Shown one piece after another: positions 35,474-49,335 of a DNA stretch of 64,000 bases. Within the stretch, counting starts at the first letter, position 1; each line of letters starts with the position of its first letter. The DNA is from Lingula anatina (Eukaryota; Animalia; Brachiopoda): positions 71,216,788 to 71,280,787 of the forward strand of contig CM120640.1 in the NCBI GenBank assembly GCA_051362555.1, written 5' to 3'. The translations under genes and the position numbers were made by a program. The notes below the pieces were generated by a model, which was not told the origin of the DNA, did not search any database, and saw only the letters and a list, made by a program, of their open reading frames with translations.

Positions 35474-36661
35474 ATGGCAGGTGCAGTTCAGAAAATTCTA
35501 GGTGATAAGGTAGTGAGTAAAGATGGAGAAGTTTCCGTGAGCAGTTTTACTGGCGACGGGAAAGTAGTGGGGCTGTATTTCTCTGCACATTGGTGTCCGC
35601 CATGTCGAGGATTCACCCCTGTCCTTGCTACGTTCTACGAAAAATTTAAAAAGACAGACAAGGGTAAAGACTTTGAGATCGTGTTTGTCAGTTCGGACAG
35701 GGATGAAAACAGCTTCAATGACTATTTTAAAGAGATGCCATGGCTGGCGTTGCCTTTTGCAGAGCGAGATTTAAAGGTAAATAACAAAAGATATTAAAAA
35801 GCCAAGTCATTCAATCTGCTACCGTCAATTTTAGGCAGAATCATAGCATGAATTTTTAATTAGGGATGCTAGAAATAAATATTTCGCCAAGAAGATCTCC
35901 AGAGTGTCAACCTTGACTACTGATTGTGCAATTTCTGCTGAATCTGCAAGAATTGTGGACTATGGCAACAGAGGTTGCAACCGGCTTCTTTGTACTGAGT
36001 CATTCTTGCGCATGCGCAGTCTTTCAGAATTATTAGTTATGCTGCCCCTTTTGGTTGGGGGGGGGGGGGCATTAAAATTGTGATTGGAACAAGGCCCAGG
36101 CAACACTAGTTTATTACATCACCTGTCTTTAAGTTTTAACTAAATGTAATATGAATACTTCACCGAGTGTACTGAGCTTTGTTTTACTATAGTACATGTA
36201 CTTACTCAACCAGTAAGGTGATATAACATGGTCACCTGATCCCTGGCTAATATTATGTCATATACTGTCAGTAAGGTCATACTTTTTTATTTTTATGGAT
36301 GACATCCTCTGTGGACCCCGAAATCAGTGGGAGAGGGCGAAAAAAAAATACTGCTAAGTAAAGGAATGCTGTCAGTACATGTACACAGCTGGAAACACAA
36401 ATTTACCACAGAAATGCATTTCAAACTAACAATATGTCTTTATCTATGCTCTCAAAATATTAAAGCATTGTGAATACTTCGTAGAAAGATAAAAAAGTCA
36501 TGAATAGACATGCTGCATATTACCAAATCTATTAAAGGTCATTTCGGTCGATACCATTTTGTCTACTACGACTCACACAAAGCAGCCAAACTGTCGGATG
36601 GCCTGTCTGACCTTCAGCCCACCAAATACCTCAACGCCCTTGTCGACTCTTTTTTGGCTAC

Positions 36662-36694
<33 letters not shown>

Positions 36695-39600
36695 GTACTA
36701 GTAGGCCTAGATCTATGTGCTGCTTTGGACAGAGTGTCACTGAAATTTTCTGGGCGATAATTGTTATTGGAGCATATGGTAGACTAGTGTAGTGAAATAG
36801 TTAAAATTTACATGGTTTTTAGATCCACTTACTAATCAAGGTGACAGCTGAGAGTGCTAGTGTGCACTGCTTTGTTTACTTTTTGCCATATTATTATTAT
36901 TAACCAGATACTAGTAGATAGATGCCTGAAACCTTGCAGGTGTTCACAGTGTATACTAGTAATGTGTACTGTATGTACACTTCTACAGCTGTGTCATGGA
37001 AACGTGTTTATGAGTCAGTGATAGAGCAAGGTGAAAATAAAAGTGTTAAAGTTTTGATTTCTGGTAAGTCAAGTTGGAGATGATGTACATGTATCACATG
37101 GCTTTCCTAATTTGAAAGCATGTTGCACTGATTGAAATCTATCCATTAAATAAGGCAGGTTATGTTGAGAAAGTTGCCAATATAAAAGACTTAAAAATAT
37201 GATAAAGGTATGGCTGGTCATATTGCACATCAATAGAGTATAATTCTACCAGAGTCATGGGTCAATACGTGTATGTAGGTCACTTTATTGACTGATTGAT
37301 TGTTACCAGTGTTTGGTCATATTGTAAGCAAATGTGTTATGTAATTTTGTACACTAGAAATGTATTACAACAGTTGCATAGATTAATAATGGATTGCATG
37401 TGGCAACACAGATGTTCTTGTAGCTTACTTATTATATAATACTAATACTAAGTACAAAACTGTATCTTAATTATCTGTTGAACACTGTATTGTGACATGC
37501 GGGTCACTATAATGCTATAGACACAGACAATACATTTACATGCTTTTATATTGATTTATCAGTAGGAATATTAATTTTGATTATAATTAGTAAGCTGTGT
37601 GTGCCTTATCTGATGACTCATGGGCCAGAATGAGATGTGGGTAGTGTGCAGTTAGAGGCTAATACAGGGTTATGTGACTGGACTGTCTAGCTGTAATCAG
37701 ATGAGGAAAATGGGGGGAGGGGGGGGCTAATACAAGTATGACATACTGGTATGCAGGCAGGTGTCAGGATGTCACCATTTGTTTAACATAAAGTCATGTT
37801 CCATATTTGAAATAAAGTTGATGACAGCAAGGAGTTATAACTCCTTGATGACAGTATGCTCTGGCACTGGAGTCAGCAGGTTGAAGAGAACCTGTGGTGT
37901 TGCTATAAGGGCAATATTTGTCCAGGCATAAATTCTTGGATTGCAGAAACCTATACCAGTGCATGACATAAATTAATGAATTTCTTTGCTTCATAAATAT
38001 TAAAGCTTTCATGTAATTTTTTCTGGAATTGTTAAAAATGATTTATCTAAGCATCAGAAAATGCTTTGAAAATTTTCTCACCATAACTTAGAACTGGTAA
38101 AGCATATGCTATATATGAACTTTTCATCCATTTGGGTGAAACAATTCTGATATTGTTAGAATTTGAAGCATGTTTCATTAATTTCCAGGGCAAACTTTCC
38201 AAGGAGTTCAAAGTCAGCGGGATCCCTACACTGATCCTGTTGAATGGTGCCACAGGGAAGGTGATCACCAGTGACGGGCGGTCAGTGGTAACAGATGACC
38301 CAGAGGGACAAGAGTTTCCATGGAACCCAAAACCTTTCAAAGAGATTATGAAAGGGGAATTGCTGGCAGAGAATGGAGGGAAGGTGGATGCTGAGACTGC
38401 CTTGGCTGGGAAGGTGAAGGCTATCTACTTCTCAGCACATTGGGTAAGTATTAGTTATCTTCTATAGATTTAGATGAAATGGATTTAAGGAAAACCTGTT
38501 GGTTTTTAGTATTGGCCAATTTTCTTAATTTTTTTTTTTTGCAAGAATCTTTTAAGCAAAATTTCAACAAAGGTTAAATGGACAATTTAATACTGCTTTG
38601 TATTTTTTGCCTGTGCCCTTTTTAATTTCATGTCTTGGAAATAGTAGCTTGGAAGCTAAGTCCCTTGATTTTCCTTTTAGTGGTCCATGTTCTTGTCTTG
38701 CAGTGTCCGCCATGCAGGGGGTTCACCCCAAAACTCATTGAGACCTACAAAAAGTTAAAAGCAGCTAACAAGAATTTTGAGATAGTGTTTGCCAGCTCTG
38801 ACAGAGAAGAAGACAAGTTCAAGGAGTACTTTGCTACCATGCCCTGGCTAGCTATACCATTCAAAGATGTCAGAGCTACAAAACTAAACAAGACCTTTGG
38901 CATAGAAGGTAGTTTATTGCTCATCTTTGTCTTATATTTTACGGACAGGGTGAATGTCAGCCATAAGCATGTTTAAAATATTTACTGCAAAATATTAAGG
39001 TCCTTTCCACAGTATTTTGGTCAAGGAATAAAACAATTGACAATGTTCCCAGCAAAATAACATTAACCCTATCAGCTAGTAGCCTTGTATTTCTGTTACA
39101 GGAATCCCGTCTCTGATAATATTAGATGAAGACAACAAGGTGATCAACAAAAATGGAAGATCTGCCATTGCCAGTGACCCAGAGGGCAAGGTATGAAATA
39201 TAGGATTACTTTCTCTTATCTACCTTATTGTATCTGACCAGCACTAATTACCCTGAGGGCAAAGGGTGATGGTATGGGATTACTTAAACCTATTTCCTTG
39301 ATTATCTTAACAACGTGAAAAAAAGGTGTTCTCAACAACGAATGGATCGTGTTTAAGTACTTAGCAATTTAACAGTTGGTTTAACAAAAATTTTCTGGAT
39401 ACCTTGGTACAGAAGTTGCCCAATGGGATTGAAGTGATACCTAGTTCAAATATTTTCAAATCCACTGATTTAGCATATTTTTTCTTCACATTATCATAGC
39501 TTTCATTTAAAACAGTCACAGTTTATGGTTATTTTCCATTTATTAAATTATTCTATGCAGCACACTGTTTTATGCTTTCTGCTTTTGAAGTTTGCTTTAC

Positions 39601-40754
39601 AGAAAGTTATTAAGCAGATGAAAATACAAAATATACACAATACTAGGTACATATGATCTGACTTTTGCAGGATTTCCCTTGGAAGCCCAAGCCTATTGAA
39701 GAGATGACTGAGAGCTCTGTAGGTCCTCTCAATGACTCCCCTTGTATGATCCTCTTGACAGGTGAGACAACTGGTTAGCTTAGGGTTCCAAGTACACCTA
39801 TTAGGGGGGTCTAGCATAATATAAGAATTAGTTAATGCAACGATATATATTCTGTAGACCAAACATATCTATATTAAAGTTGCCCTTTACAGCAGAATTG
39901 AGGTAGAGCTGTCAGAGACTTTGTATAAAGCTGCATTATTTTACTAGCCTTTCTAAAATCTCGGCTGACATTGGCTGTGTCTGTACATTTGTTGGCTTAA
40001 GCTGTTTTGTTTGTCTATATGGGATTATCATACTGGACTTGGTATCTTTAATTTATGTTTACCATCTCAACTTGTATAAGCCTTGTTGTTCCCTAATGTT
40101 TATTTTGTGCATGAGTACCTGTGTACTAAGTATAAAGTCCCTGTATTCATTTAAACTATCTTCAGAGGGCAAAGGCGCAGCTCTTGCACAGGAAGTGATG
40201 TCAGAGTCAGCCAAAGAATACTATGATAAGGGGGAAGACCAGGATGTCTTTTTCCTGTGGATGGATACTGTGAGTTTTTGAAAAAAAAATTGATTCTACT
40301 TAACAGCTATTGAAATGTATGATGTTCAGAAGGATTAAAACAGCTAGAGACGGTTGTTAGTTTGTATTAAAATGAGAGCTGTCTTTTAAGTGAAATAATA
40401 TTTCAGTTCCTTTTTATTTATTTATTATTATTATTTTTTTTTTTTTGGGGGGGGGGTCTTTTTAATAACAGAATATGTATGAAAATGGCTTGTACCAGTA
40501 CACGTATTTGATAAATAATTTTAAAAAATCTCTTTTAAATATGTTTCTTATTCTAGGCCAAACAGGATGAATTATATGACTCCCTGATTAATTTCTGTAA
40601 GCTAGAGGAGCGCCTGCCCCTCCTGGCACTGACAGATTTTCCAGAACAGAGGGTCTTTGCCTCTCCAGAGAAGACAATCACCAAGGCGGTGGTCCAGGAG
40701 GTGATCAGCCAGTACAAGGCTGGCAATCTGGAGTGGAAGAAACTGCAGGGATAG
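35474..40754 (+). CDS. NXN: Nucleoredoxin (tryparedoxin-like thioredoxin family), ~414 aa, 7 exons
   Basis: Exons 35474-35776, 38189-38443, 38704-38908, 39102-39190, 39671-39761, 40166-40269, 40557-40754 (1245 nt, TAG). Two YFSAHWCPPCRGFTP..FEIVF.SSDR..F..YF..MPWLA.PF..GIP.L domains, each followed by DPEG..FPW.PKP, then a non-catalytic PDI-b'-like C-terminal domain. Confidence 0.93.
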
Positions 40755-42085
40755 ACTGGACACTGGTCAGCTGGAAACACTGGTCAGCTGGAAAGACTGA
40801 CCCATTCATGTTTATGTGAGAAATGGTCTACTCGTCTAGCAGGTTGTTACAGAGTACTCTTATTCTTTTATTCTAATTTATAACCCTGTAGCAACTAATG
40901 ACAGGTTTTAATCTATTTATCATCCATTTTTGTTTTAACTGTGGTAAACAGAGAGAGAAATGCAAGAGAAACACTACAGAGAAACTATGAGGTGGGAAGT
41001 TTTTAGCTCTGTTAGGGTCCAAATGTTCATTATTGTCGAGATTCTGGTAGATCTGATGTTAAGATGGGGATGAGAGAATTACCACCTTTATCCTGAATTG
41101 CCGTCACACCTTAAATGTTATCTGTGGAGATTGTATTGACCTGTGTCATTTCTGTGTGACGTAGTAGAAAAAAGACATTTGAAAAAAAATTATTTGTTCA
41201 GATTGATGCCACCTTTCTCCCATTCCTCCCATGTTAATTAGATGTGATGATCTGTGCTCTTGTTTTATTCAGAGTAGAATACACCCAAGAGATTGACCTT
41301 GGTTATAGTATTGTGTGTGATCTAGTTTGTACCATTTATTTTAGTCCACATTGACTTGCAGTGAATTAATAAAGTGATGTTCTGCCCTCAGCAGTGTAAA
41401 CCTCCTCCCGTTATCTTTAACCTGACCACGTGGAAATTATAGAAATATCAGGACCAAAGTTTTGTTGACACTATTTTGAAATCAACTAGTGTTTCTTTTT
41501 GTATTGCAGTTTTTTCTGCGAAAAATGACTATGTTTATCTGTGATTTCAGAACGATTTGATGTTTACTTTATGAGGTTATCTAACATGTTATTCAGCTCC
41601 TCTACATTTTTACTTTGTAGAATGCAATCTTGTAATAAAGCTGCTGAATTTAACCATGTTTCACTTTGTTGGTATACATCTAAATGAAGGTTTTATGTAT
41701 GCACGGCAATTGGAACAGATCCTAGGAAAAGACGCAAATGCTTCTTTGTCAATTTTTATTGTGGAGAACTTTGCTTTGTGACTGGAAAATGTATGGAAAT
41801 ATACCTATGCAATTTTCAAAAGGAGCATTTTTGTAAACGGTATGAATTATCAGTTCCCAAAACTCTTAGAGCAGTTTAAAATACCTCGGTGGTCGTACAC
41901 ATCCAAAACAAAAATCTGCAATCCAACACTGCTGACCGCCTGCTCTACAAGGTTTTTCGTCCGTCCGATAGTGGAATCCACCTGAGATGTAGAGTTACTC
42001 TCAATAAAATGAGAAGCCAAGAGTGGGGAACAAAATAGGATATGAATAATTATAACCGCGTCCCATCACTAGGTTGTGGAGGGCA

Positions 42086-44086
42086 TTAAGTTTGTGTTTC
42101 TGGCGACTGCGTCACCCCCTCCTTGTACGCCTGGCTGTTCTGCATCACCGTGTGCATCTTCTGCATAGTCCAAGTGTCGTAGCCCGCCTGGCGCGCGCCC
42201 CTCTCCTCCTCTCTGCTTACCCGGCGTCTATTCTGGGGACCATACTGGAGACCAGAGTTCCTGCGGGCCAGCAGGTGTCTGTTGGAGGAAATGTACTTCT
42301 GGCGCGCGCGGAAGAACGCGCCCTTGTCCAGTCCTCCCTCACGAGTGTACTGTGTATGGGCATTCCCCTGTTCGGTCAGTTTAGCCAGTTTTACCTGGAA
42401 GACCAAGGTATTCATTATATAAAAAAACGGCTACTGGCGAAATTTGATGAATTTGAAGGATAATTTCAGTTGTCCTATTAATGGAGATGGGGTAACCATA
42501 GTCGAAACCACTAAATCACCGTTGAATTAAGAAAAACTTTTTAATCAATTTGTCAATATAGGTTCAAATTCTTGCTTCACATCAAAGGCAATGCGGCGAG
42601 AGGCATTTATAAATCAAAACTGTCTCTTAGATTCATGGGGAATTGAAATAAAATTACCTGATAAGTCTAGTATTTATATATAGCCACATTTTTTTATATA
42701 AATCACACAGAGAACATAAATCAGCTCTAAAAAATCTTAAATTCAAAACTCTAAATCTATCAGCCACGGAAAAATCTAAAATTCCATGTAATATTGGAAC
42801 CTACTCACCTTTGCCAGCATCTGCACTAAATCCGACATTTTCAGTTTCTTTTCATTTTCCTTCCTCTTCTTTAGCATAACGTTCATGGTTATTTCTTTCC
42901 ATAGATTTTGTTTACTTCCCTTTTTAAAGACTTTGTTAAGGGTATCTTGAGTACCTATCTTTTTGTCATTTTCACGTGAATCTTCATTTCTATCCGAAGT
43001 CTCATTAGTTTGTTTGAAATCATTGACTTCCGACGTATGAGAGGAATCCGTTTTCACATTTGACGCATCTTCCTCTGTTTGATTATCACTATCCTTTGCA
43101 CCTCCCCATAACACTTTCATTGATTCTGTATGGAAAGCTCGTGCCTCGTGATTACTTGTCCTGTCAGTGATGTCGTCTGCTCTGTTTGCTGTACACGGCT
43201 TATCCCCGCGTCTAATTTCTACTTGGTCGGGTAGAATTTCAGATATTTCATGAGAACTTTCTTCCACCACAACTGGTGTATCGGCGTCTTTTCGATCTTC
43301 CCCCACTAGAGATAGTTTCGATTGTCGTTTAAAACTCAACTTTTTGTATTTTTGCAATGCCCGCAGTCGTATTTTCAGGGCTTTTGGGACGCGGACTTTG
43401 GGTTTTACCTCCTTTTCTGAGGGTTCCACGGTTTCTTTCACCGCACTGATGAACAGTGGGTTTATACCTTTGATCTTAGGTAGACCTCCCCAAGCGACGC
43501 GACATGTTTCCTTACATTCTTCATTTGTCGGGATAAAAGTCAGGTTTCTCTGTAAAATCAAGCCATCCACGTATTGGGCGGTGGTAGAGGGACGCGTCTG
43601 TGACGATCCGGAAACTTCTGTAGTTCCGTGAAACGTTTTAGATCTTTGATGAAGAAAATCTGACTGCCACGGACTTTGAATATCGCGTTTTCTTCGGCGG
43701 ATTTCTGGTGGCTTACCTGTAATTTCCATAAAAATTCTGGACAGTTCTTCTTTTGACAAACCTTGAGCGTCTGGAAGACTTATAAGGGTCTCCCAGTCTA
43801 GATCAGAAATTAAATCATCTTCTCTAAATCTTCCCGTATGTGCCCCAATAAACGTGGTCATTCTTTTCTGTGCTGTTACTTGCAAATCAAGTTCATGTTT
43901 CAAAACCCTCTCTTTAGCTTCAAGGTGGCGCTTGGCTCGAGACCTCTGTGCTTCAATTTTCTCCAATTTTTCATCTAATTTTCTCTGTTCTTTATACATC
44001 ATTTCCTTTGTTCCAAGTGTGAGTTCGCTTAAGTGAACTCGGCGTTGTTGGCGCCTCGTAGCACTGGCGAACATGGCTGAGAACAT
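42086..44086 (-). CDS. Uncharacterised two-exon protein (~528 aa) with N-terminal coiled coil and charged disordered body
   Basis: 436-aa ORF with donor GCAAAG|GTGAGT at 42809/42808. Acceptor TTCCAG| at 42395/42394 continues in phase 0 (VKLAKLTEQG...) to TAA at 42088-42086. Confidence 0.8.
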
Positions 44087-45661
44087 GGCCCCTTGAGGGA
44101 AACGCAGCTCAAAATGACACTGAGTACCGCGGATAGTTTGTTAATAGCGGCGTGAAGTGGTCATCCTCGCCGTGAGAGCAAACGCTGGGCGTTACACGGG
44201 GATATCATATTGCGCTCTGTGTACATTTCGCAAACGAGCATCACTGCATTCAAATTAAGACCAAGTTTTTCGCTCTTCTACTTTTAGGATGCAAAGTTGC
44301 CAGTCTTATCCAGTTATAAGACATTTAAAGAAAGAATATCAGTTCAAAAACGCGAAAAATTAGACCATTGTTTTGAATCTGTGTCCTGTGGCTCTTAACT
44401 CGATTTCCATTTAAGGCCCAGTAACCGTGGCTCGTTGATATGGGCGAAACGACGCGCAACCTTACACACCTTAATCCGCAAGCTTAAGTCAATTATCCAC
44501 TTACTATAAGCGACTTTCTCCCGCAAAAAGTAAATATCTTTCTAAACAATATCTGGTTTGTATCTAAACCATGGTAACTTGAGTCCACCTCACCTGGGGA
44601 TTGTTTTATTGAGGCCACACGGAATAAGGCATTTTGACAGAAAGAGGATTTTACAGAATATAAATACTCAAGAAAAAGACTGCCAAAGGGCGTGAAAGAA
44701 AATGACATAATGAAATCCCCAAAGAAAAAAGTCGGTAATCAGACGAAAGCATTTCAAAGCGACACACACACACGATTATGATTGTAAAAAATGAGGAATT
44801 ACGATAGCAATAAGCCGGTGTTTCAAGGGCACTTGCTAAGGTGTCGTGTGGGGTGCCCCCCCTTCGAATAGAAACGAGTGCATATGAAAAATTAGCTATT
44901 ATGGAAAGATCCTGTCCATCATGTGAATCTGAGGTCCACTTTTTAGTTAACTGTCCTTTTTTTTATAAATTAACGTGCCGAAATTTTTTATATTGCTACA
45001 TGTTTTAGCAGCAATTTTGATCTTAAAATATACCAAAACAAGTCTTTATTCTTTGTTTAGTGATGAAAAATGATTAATTAAGTTGCCAAGACCAGCTGCC
45101 GAATTTTAGAATTAAGAAGAGATTTTATATATAAGTAATGCTTTAACGTTAATTGATATTCAGTCTCTCATAGTTCTACATAGAAGTGCCATGTTTCACT
45201 GTTTCTATGTTATATTTCTCTTTCTATGGGTAAGACTAAATAAAATATCTTGAATTTGAACTCGTAAAATGCATATGTACATTGGGTTTTACAATAAAAA
45301 TGCAACTTGAACTAAATGGCATTAAGTTTTCTCATTAACTCTTTAAATTCATGAGAGAAAAATTTCATGAATTGTTCTTCCAGTGATCGTCATAAATCTT
45401 CGTTGATTCCATTTACATAACCTCAGCCTTTATCTGAAGGAAAATTTTAACCATTTTAGGGAAGAAAATGTCACCCCTGCCCAACAAATTGTGAGGAATG
45501 CGGAATATAAATAAATAGGGCAGACGAATGGTCGGTAAGTTCTAGATCACTGTACAGAACACCTTGACAATTCTTTTAATTATAACATTGCTTTTTGCAC
45601 CATCATCTCGATCCAATCGTCTACTTAATCCCAGTCATACTTACATACTTACTTACATCCC

Positions 45662-45906
45662 TTACATAATTTGCCACTGACTATTTGTATATAAGTCCTA
45701 ATCAACAAAGTGACGAATTTCAGATCCGTGAAAATATTCAATTATTTAAAGTGCAATTACAGGTGTGTTTTAATTTCGAAAATGTCGTTGATGATTGAAA
45801 CTAAAGAAATACGTATCAAAAACCGTTTCAGTAAGAAATGTTCTCCTCCAAGATCTGTCTGGTCTATCAGGACTTATATACAAATAGTCAGTGGCAAATT
45901 ATGTAA
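45662..45906. mobile_element. ~245-bp MITE / foldback with a perfect 38-bp inverted repeat
   Basis: TTACATAATTTGCCACTGACTATTTGTATATAAGTCCT at 45662-45699 is the exact reverse complement of 45869-45906. Confidence 0.8.
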
Positions 45907-47085
45907 AATGTGACTCGCCAATACCTCTAAATTAATTTTATTTTAACGCCAAATAAATCGCGTGCCCTAGCGTTGTGGCGTCCCCTGTACGTTGCGCCGT
46001 AAGGGCCTTTGTTGATATACGCAGGGTATTTAACAACGTGAATAATGATCAAAACCTGTCATACTGCGACACAAAATAAGTATATAGCAGTTTATATTAT
46101 AAGATGAAATAAATGTGTCTGTTTTAAGCAATGCTTCGGTGAATGAGGATGACTTTCTTGGATGAAAGCTATTTTTATTTTAAATGGCAACTATCCCTTT
46201 TCACTTTGAAGCAAAATCCCCTTTTTTTAGTCATACTCTATATACGGAGAAAGTGAAGACCAGTTTGAAGAACTGACAGTTACGTGTGTTCCTCATTTGT
46301 CAGACATTTGTCATCTAAGAATCTGAACATCGTAAACAAACATCAAACAAAGCTGAACAAAGCACTGTGTTTGGAGAGACTAGTGTTATGAGTCAGTGTT
46401 ACGCCAGTAGTGGCCTTCCCTACGCATACATACATGACTTGCTAACACACCTACTACTAGTACAAGACACTGTCCGTACAACGTACGTGGTAGCGAACCA
46501 TTGCCCGTATATACGTATAACCTGTATATAAAACTATTATTGCCTGAAATGTGCAAGTCTGACAATGTCTCTTCATCATTAATGTATAGCCCTCATTAGA
46601 ACTTAATATTAATAATCCATTATGTCCAGTTAATTTTTGTCATTTGATTCTTTCTTACCCATGGTTATGATCAAGTGACAAGAAAGTATCTAGGAAGACT
46701 ATATGGAATGTAATTGTGATCCAGTATAAAAAAATTGTACACGAAAAAATATTTTTAAAATTTGTTTTATATCAAATCTCTAAATTAAAGCACAGCTATG
46801 GACCAGCTATCTGTTTTCATGTGTTTCTTTTAGTTAAGTGTTTAATTTGCTTTAAAATTCTGTTGTCTGTCAGATCCTTCGGTACTTTTTGCACACAGTG
46901 CAAAATGTTTGAAAAAATCAAAAATAACACTGTTAAAATGTCAGGCACATCTACAGTAAAAACGGACATAAAATGTTTTCATTCACGCACTCAGTCTTTC
47001 GTTTCGCGTTCACATCTTAATCTACCTCCCCATGTCTCCACAAATTGGTAGGTAAAACCTTGCTCCCAAAACAAACTCAAACTGA

Positions 47086-47309
47086 GGGTCCGTTCACAAT
47101 GATTTTATCGACCTAACTACCGTGCGCTGACTTCACAAGGAGGCTCGCTGAATGCAATCAGATTTACAGACCGACACGCCTCCTCTTGTTTCCAACGTTT
47201 TTGTATAATTACCAGCTTTTCTGTATTCTACTCAAGGAGGCATTCAGGGAGAGTCCCCGCGGAGTTAGTGCGCAGTGGCTAGATAGATAAATTCATTGTG
47301 AACTGGCTT
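47086..47309. mobile_element. Harbinger-like palindromic MITE (~220 bp)
   Basis: The left end GGGTCCGTTCACAATGATTTTATCGACCTA pairs with the right end TAGATAGATAAATTCATTGTGAACTGGCT. The terminal GG...GTTCACA motif resembles that of the 258-bp MITE. Confidence 0.7.
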
Positions 47310-47524
47310 TAACACGGAACCACGACAACAGAATGAGATTGCACAGCTCCCAGAGCGATTAGGTTGAATTTAATATGGCATCACATTCAAATCCTAAAAG
47401 CTATCCTCCGCCAAGACACTTCGTTTAATGCATAATTACAGCAGCGTTCATTAGACGTTATTAAACAGTTCATCATTCGTATGGTACAGGTCTAATGGCG
47501 TCGTTAAGCGGTAACCTCACAAGC

Positions 47525-47538
47525 TTTGCCATGGCAAC
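47525..47538. promoter_or_regulatory. RFX X-box-like motif upstream of the Thr-rich peptide gene
   Basis: TTTGCCATGGCAAC matches the canonical GTTGCCATGGCAAC at 13 of 14 positions, ~450 bp upstream of the ATG at 47985. Confidence 0.35.
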
Positions 47539-47984
47539 AGCTGCCAACCACCAGCCTGATGTTGAAATATTTAAAATGTACCATAATATAAAATTATAAG
47601 GTATAGCTGTCATTCCTTTATTATTAACAAGGTATATACGTGGTACTCGTGCAATATATAGAGTAGGTAGAACGACAAGAGAGGAGACGGGTCGGTACGG
47701 TTTTTCCACATATCCTATCTTTTAGAAGTTCATTATGAAAATCATTGTCAACCAGATAAACATGCGGTACATTAAAAAATTCATAGATTAATGTCATCTA
47801 ATACAAAGGTGCAAAAGGAATATTTTATTCAGGTTATGTACGAGACCTAGATTGTTTTTGCAATTACAGGTATGTGACACATGCAGCCATTCATATTCTG
47901 AAAGCTTTGTTCAAACTGGTGGTAGAACATTACACAGCGTATTTTGCTAACTTTCAGGGTTGTTGAAGCAAGAATACCGACAAG

Positions 47985-48640
47985 ATGCGGATCTGGGAGG
48001 CTGTGGTCAGAACTTTCATTTTGATTCTGTTATTTACTACCGTTATGATCATGTTGGCGAACAGACATGACCGGACGAGAAGAAGTTTAGAACGTAAGTT
48101 ACTGAGATGTGTATGTAGGCCTACACGCGAGAGTTCGACAATTGTAGAGTTGTTTGCAATTTTTTTTGCTTCTTATTTTAATTTTGCTTTCGTTCCATTT
48201 TCTACAAATATGCTGTTTTTTAGAATTAATCTACAATTTTGTTATTTTAAGAGTTAAAGATCTTAGCTGTGTCACTATATAGCGAGGAAGATAAAAAGAA
48301 TATGAAACTATATCTTAGAACTCCATATAATTAATAATAACTTAAATAATAAGCAATACTGCCAGAATATTCGCTGTAAACGTTATCAACTGTATCCTAC
48401 TCTTTATTTGATTTTAATTCTACCTTTTTTGTTAATTTAGTTGCCAAGTTAGCATTGACAACAACCAAGCCAACTACTACAACCACTACAACCACTACGA
48501 CAACCACGACCCTGCCCCCGACCACTACTACCACTACAACCACAACCACTACAACCACGCCGACTACAACCACCACCCAGATGCCTTCCATGTTACGAAG
48601 ACTTGTTCTCTGGATATTCAAGTGGGGCCCGCCAAGTTGA
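47985..48640 (+). CDS. Small secreted Thr-rich (mucin-like) precursor, ~102 aa, 2 coding exons
   Basis: Exon 47985-48093 (donor C|GTAAGT, phase 1) joins exon 48441-48640 (acceptor TTTTTTGTTAATTTAG) in frame: MRIWEAVVRTFILILLFTTVMIMLANRHDRTRR-SLELAKLAL-TTTKP-T13-LPP-T13-P-T5-QMPSMLRRLVLWIFKWGPPS*. Upstream acceptor at 47958 and AATAAA at ~48794 and ~48824. Confidence 0.75.
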
Positions 48641-49335
48641 ACACCATCCAAACCCAGTGCGGCGAAGCTGAGATTAGACTGACAGAAAAAGGTGTTAGCT
48701 CTCATAAGGATTTGAAAAGATGTACATTTTGGTCTTTACATTTCATTTCTGTATTGTTTTCGTGGTGTGTTTATTATTTTGTAAAAAAAGGCAAATAAAT
48801 ATGCTTCAGCTGGAAGAAGTAGAAATAAAAACAACGATGTTTGCTTCACTCTGGACATGCTGTTGAGGATCTATGGTGGGAAAGGATCTATCACGAGTAC
48901 AGACCTGCAAGACAATAAGCAAAATCTATTGCCAGTGGTGTACTGTCGTGCAAATAAATAACAAATCATGCACATGGCTCAGATATATTTATTGTTTAGA
49001 TAAAAAGAGTAATAATATTCATAAAAATGTAATAATTTGTTGTTTGCTTCCTAAACCTCCCTATATTATCCATAGCAGGTGATGTTGAAAAGTGGCACGT
49101 GCTCGTTATGGAGATTTTCAACAATTCTGAAATTATTTTCGTATTTCCTCTTTCTACATCAAAATTTGAAAGCTATTACAAAAAAAACATTCGATTAAAA
49201 ACTGTATATCTTCATTTTAAAAATTATATTCATGATTTAATCATTTACAAAATGGACCCTTTTTTCTAAAATTGATACTATTTACTGTAAACTGTGCTTT
49301 ACTGTAGAATGTCAATGAAAATGCGAAAATATTCT

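Noticed and set aside
42074-42463. 129-aa plus-strand ORF downstream of NXN
   Set aside because: It is antisense to exon 2 of the minus-strand gene, which has proper splice signals.
48397-48705. Poly-Val membrane protein ORF on the minus strand
   Set aside because: It is the antisense shadow of the poly-Thr exon.
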